DNA of 64,000 nucleotides from a bacterium (lineage in GTDB: Bacteria > SAR324 > JACQKK01). The stretch is taken from NCBI GenBank assembly GCA_965240465.1, contig OZ251219.1:448001-512000 (forward strand), given 5' to 3'. The notes beneath the pieces are model-generated. The model had not been told where the DNA came from. It worked only from the letters and a program-made list of their open reading frames with translations, and made no database searches. How positions within the stretch are numbered: the stretch's first letter is position 1; the number at the start of each line of letters is the position of its first letter. Shown here in pieces: positions 60,791-64,000 of this stretch. Position numbers and translations under genes: made by a program.

Positions 60791-61639
60791 TTAATTCCAT
60801 CGGGAAAAGATCGGTGGCTGGTCGTTGGATATCTTGCCGATTTGTTGTTCTTCCAGCCAAGGGGGAGCTAAATGGAGGGTGCTATGCTGGTGGTGGAAGG
60901 TCTTCGCCCGATGGAAGTGTCCGATGACGAAATGGGAGATATGAGCAGGTATCCACTCGGTGAAGGTTTGGATTTCTGACTGGGGAAAATTAGACTCGGA
61001 GGAAAAATTAGGGGAAACAATATATTTTTTCATTCTGTCGGTGATTGCCTTGGCCATCCATGCTGGAGTGCGATTAAAAATTGCTTGGACTAAGCGGGAA
61101 TTGCTCAGGTAACGGGTGATGAGATGAGGATGATCATGGTGCCTGATGAGGTCTCCATGGGTAAATCCGTAGGTAGTATTCTGCCAGCGGATGATCATCA
61201 TGCCAGTGGTGAGGGCTTCAAAGGGAAGCCAGAGAGTAGGCTGATTAGGCATGAGGTGGTCTCTATTACCACTTACACACCAGATTCGGACTCCCTGCCT
61301 TTTAAGTTGCCAAAGAGCCTTGATTACTTGGTGATTTTCTGGAGTCCAAAAGCGTGGATTGGCGATCCAAAGATGGAATAGATCTCCCAGTAGTAAAAGG
61401 GCATCGGGTTGTTTAAGTTGAGAGAGCATGCGGATGAAGGGCTGGATTGGTGCTTTGGGGCAGCCTAAGTGAGAGTCGGTGACTAAATATAAATTGCCCC
61501 GACCTTCTAGGAACAAGGCTTTATTGAGCATTTCTTGCCAGTTAGGTTGCCAAGGTAACCAGTTTGATAAAGGTCTGATGTTTATCAAGGGTGTTTTATC
61601 AGGAATGAATGGGAGATTAGGGTTGATATTGGTTATCAC
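60791..61639 (-). CDS. lpxH: UDP-2,3-diacylglucosamine diphosphatase (LpxH-like)
   Basis: TDSHL, LGDLFHLW, GNRD, HGD, GHFH. Confidence 0.8.
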   Translation of the reverse strand: MITNINPNLPFIPDKTPLINIRPLSNWLPWQPNWQEMLNKALFLEGRGNLYLVTDSHLGCPKAPIQPFIRMLSQLKQPDALLLLGDLFHLWIANPRFWTPENHQVIKALWQLKRQGVRIWCVSGNRDHLMPNQPTLWLPFEALTTGMMIIRWQNTTYGFTHGDLIRHHDHPHLITRYLSNSRLVQAIFNRTPAWMAKAITDRMKKYIVSPNFSSESNFPQSEIQTFTEWIPAHISHFVIGHFHRAKTFHHQHSTLHLAPPWLEEQQIGKISNDQPPIFSRWN

Positions 61640-61665
61640 AAATTAATGATAGACAGAAAGATTAT

Positions 61666-61922
61666 AAATGGCATTGCTTACGACACTGCTTATGCGACAA
61701 ATGGCATTGCTTACGACACTGCTTATGCGACAAATGACATTGCTTACGACACTGCTTATGCGACAAATGGCACTGCTTACGACACTGCCTATGCGACAAA
61801 TGACATTGCTTACGACACTGCCTATGCGACAAATGACATTGCTTACGACACTGCCTATGCGACAAATGGCATTGCTTACGACACTGCCTATGCGATGACA
61901 TTGCTTATGGCACTGCTTATGC
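61666..61922. repeat. 33-bp tandem repeat (atggcattgcttacgacactgcytatgcgacaa, about 7 copies) built from 12+12+9 subunits
   Basis: Direct reading. Confidence 0.96.
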
Positions 61923-62055
61923 ATAAAAGATTGACAGAGTTTCTCATAACGTCCTTAGTTTTGGATTGATTAGATGCTCTTCTTTTATCAGCGGGAGGTT
62001 GTTTGTCTTCCGTCGCATGCAGCGAACATGTGGCACGAAGCCATAAGGAGATAAC

Positions 62056-62286
62056 ATGATTGAAGCAACGGTTCGAAAGATATGTCATCAGTTAGAACAG
62101 CAGGTCGGTCAAAACATGACTTTTGCCCAGGTATTTAGCTCTTTGGAGAAGCAAGTTGTATCTCCGAGGGAAATGGTGGTGTTGGAGGTCGTGCGGGAAG
62201 CCTGTAAGGAACTCGCAGAGGAACGAGCACAGAATGAATTGTCCCTCCAGCGGCAGACTACCCCTCTCACTGCGGTGGGCATGTAA
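62056..62286 (+). CDS. Small hypothetical protein (76 aa)
   Basis: Strong RBS AAGGAG just upstream of ATG; does not overlap other genes; helical composition. Confidence 0.7.
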   Translation: MIEATVRKICHQLEQQVGQNMTFAQVFSSLEKQVVSPREMVVLEVVREACKELAEERAQNELSLQRQTTPLTAVGM

Positions 62287-62324
62287 TTCTGCGGGCATGT
62301 TCCGGGTACTTAACGATGGGCTGC

Positions 62325-63431
62325 TCAAGAATAACTTCGCTGGAGGACTTGCTTTTGTTGATGATGTTCCTTGGCTAGCTGAATGAGGATATGGAGGATT
62401 TTTGAGTACGAGATTCCTCCTGCTTGGAGCAATTTGGGATACATGCTGATGGGAGTAAAGCCGGGGATGGTATTAACTTCATTGATCAACCATTGATTGC
62501 TGGGGGTAAGAAAGAAATCAACCCGAGCCATGGCCCGAATGTCCAGGGTTTGACAAACTTGCAGGGCCAATTCTTGGGCTTGTTTTTGTAGTGTAGCTGG
62601 TAGTTGAACAGGGATTTCCAATATAGCTGCTTTGGGGTTTATGTATTTGGCATGGTAGGAATAAAAATCTTGTTGAGGTTTAATTTCTCCTAGCACCGAA
62701 GCCATGGGTTTTTGTATGGAACTGCCTGGGCTACCGAGTACGGAGCATTCTAGTTCTCGTGCGGGGATGGTTTTTTCAATGAGAATTTTGTGGTCGTATT
62801 TAAGGGCGTCTTGGAGGGCTTGTTGATAGTCTTGGTTGTTTTGGGTTCTTTGTACTGCCACTGATGAGCCTAATCGGGCTGGTTTGATGAACACATCTGC
62901 CCCTAGTTGCCGTGAAACGACATCCCAGCTGGGTGGTGGCTGGGGATGCTCAAAGACCATCCAAGGAGCACAGGGCAAGTTTGCTTGAGTAAGGAGCTTT
63001 TTGGTAAGATCCTTATCTATGCAGATAGCTGATGAGGCAACTTCTGTCCCTACAAAGGGGACATTAGCCATATTGAGCCAGCCTTGCAATGTGCCGTCCT
63101 CGCCATCTGTGCCGTGGATAAGGGGGAAGAAGGTGGTAATATCGGCTAGGGGGGCGAGACTTTGAGGATCTACCCAGCGGATGCAATTTGTCTGGTTCAC
63201 TGGAATACAGGGCTTGGCTCGGGGCGAAATGTGAATGGTTTTGGTTTCTTGTACTTCGCTGAGGAGAGCCAAGGAATTTCCCAGTTGCCATTGTCCTTGT
63301 TGATTGATAGCTAGTAGCAATGGTTCATAAAGTTGAGGATCCAGAGCCTGACTGACTACCAGGGCCGACATGAGGGAAACCCTATGTTCACCACTACGTC
63401 CTCCACAGATGATGCCTATTTTTTCGGTCAT
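62325..63431 (-). CDS. ddl: D-alanine--D-alanine ligase
   Basis: GGRSGEHRVS, HGTDGEDG, KPARLGSS, FYSYHAKY, NEVNTIPGFT. Confidence 0.96.
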   Translation of the reverse strand: MTEKIGIICGGRSGEHRVSLMSALVVSQALDPQLYEPLLLAINQQGQWQLGNSLALLSEVQETKTIHISPRAKPCIPVNQTNCIRWVDPQSLAPLADITTFFPLIHGTDGEDGTLQGWLNMANVPFVGTEVASSAICIDKDLTKKLLTQANLPCAPWMVFEHPQPPPSWDVVSRQLGADVFIKPARLGSSVAVQRTQNNQDYQQALQDALKYDHKILIEKTIPARELECSVLGSPGSSIQKPMASVLGEIKPQQDFYSYHAKYINPKAAILEIPVQLPATLQKQAQELALQVCQTLDIRAMARVDFFLTPSNQWLINEVNTIPGFTPISMYPKLLQAGGISYSKILHILIQLAKEHHQQKQVLQRSYS

Positions 63432-63459
63432 GCTTAGCTACTTAAAGGTGGAAAACGCA

Positions 63460-63568
63460 CGGGGGGCTAAAAAGCAGGTGACCAAAAGTCAGGGGCTAAA
63501 AAGCGGGTGACCAAAAAGCAGGTGACCAAAAAGCAGGGGACTAAAAAGCAGGGGGCTAAAAAGCAGGT
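63460..63568. repeat. 15-bp tandem repeat (ggkgrcyaaaaagca-like, about 7 copies)
   Basis: Direct reading; between the PBP gene and ddl. Confidence 0.9.
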
Positions 63569-63569
63569 C

Positions 63570-64000
63570 TTACTTGGATAAAGAATCTGGCAGTGGGTCT
63601 GAAGGTCTAAAGTAGTAGACATTGCTAGCGGGGCAATTGGAATAGATTTTTTTGGTATCTAGGTCGCAGAGTATTTTGGAGTGAAAGGCTTGGTTAGGGG
63701 ATGAGAAGGCTTTTGGTGGTTCTCTGTTAACGACTGCTTGCATGAATTCCTTCCAGATGATGGCTGGATCTTGGCCGCCGGATTTGTATATTAAGGGGTA
63801 GTTGTTATCATTACCCATCCAGATGCCGGCGGCTATTTGGGAAGTGAAGCCGATGAACCATACATCTCGGGCGTTGTCGCTGGTGCCAGTTTTGCCGGCG
63901 GCGGGGGTGCCTTTGAGACGAGCTCTCCAGCCGGTGCCGTGGGTAAGAACTCCTTGGAGGATGTGCCTAATTTGAAAGGCAGTCCAAGTGGAGATTACTC
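63570..64000 (-). CDS. Class A penicillin-binding protein (PBP1A-like), 3' end only
   Basis: Manual extension: GTGWRA..AGKTGTSDNARDVWFIGFTSQIAAGIWMGND; ORF continues beyond the window. Confidence 0.88.
   Translation of the reverse strand, partial: VISTWTAFQIRHILQGVLTHGTGWRARLKGTPAAGKTGTSDNARDVWFIGFTSQIAAGIWMGNDNNYPLIYKSGGQDPAIIWKEFMQAVVNREPPKAFSSPNQAFHSKILCDLDTKKIYSNCPASNVYYFRPSDPLPDSLSK

Noticed and set aside
61666-61922. CRISPR array (33-bp period); also considered for the arrays at 20484, 47342 and 58874
   Set aside because: Units are head-to-tail with no unique spacers, and there are no cas genes in the window
62325-63431. VanA-like D-Ala-D-Lac ligase
   Set aside because: The omega loop has Tyr (YHAKY) and there are no vanH/vanX neighbours

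Overview
Bacterial chromosome segment from a Gram-negative organism, standard genetic code. Gene content looks deltaproteobacteria-like, possibly SAR324-related and/or host-associated (inference only). Housekeeping genes: dnaX-recR-purL-purQ, mnmE, zwf-pgl, tRNA-Pro(GGG), trpS, ihfB, nadK, recA, mnmH, rsmH-ftsL-ftsI, mtaB, metC, moaB, msbA-like, trmB, flhF-flhG, lpxH, ddl and a partial class A PBP. Accessory content: three tandem Sel1-repeat genes, a Panacea antitoxin whose membrane-toxin partner carries a premature stop, and four DNA-methyltransferase/restriction loci, one behind an IS1595 remnant. The standout is an intact three-gene group-1-like [NiFe]-hydrogenase operon (51782-54731). Its large subunit has lost all four Ni-Fe cysteines, its small subunit has lost the proximal Fe-S site but keeps two all-Cys clusters, and its cytochrome b-like subunit keeps only one heme His pair. 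Three window-wide oddities were seen by eye: a kb-scale sawtooth G/T-to-C/A strand skew that resets at transcription-unit boundaries, about 20 unrelated short tandem-repeat arrays, and apparent CTAG over-representation in core genes. All calls come from motif recognition; no searches were run.
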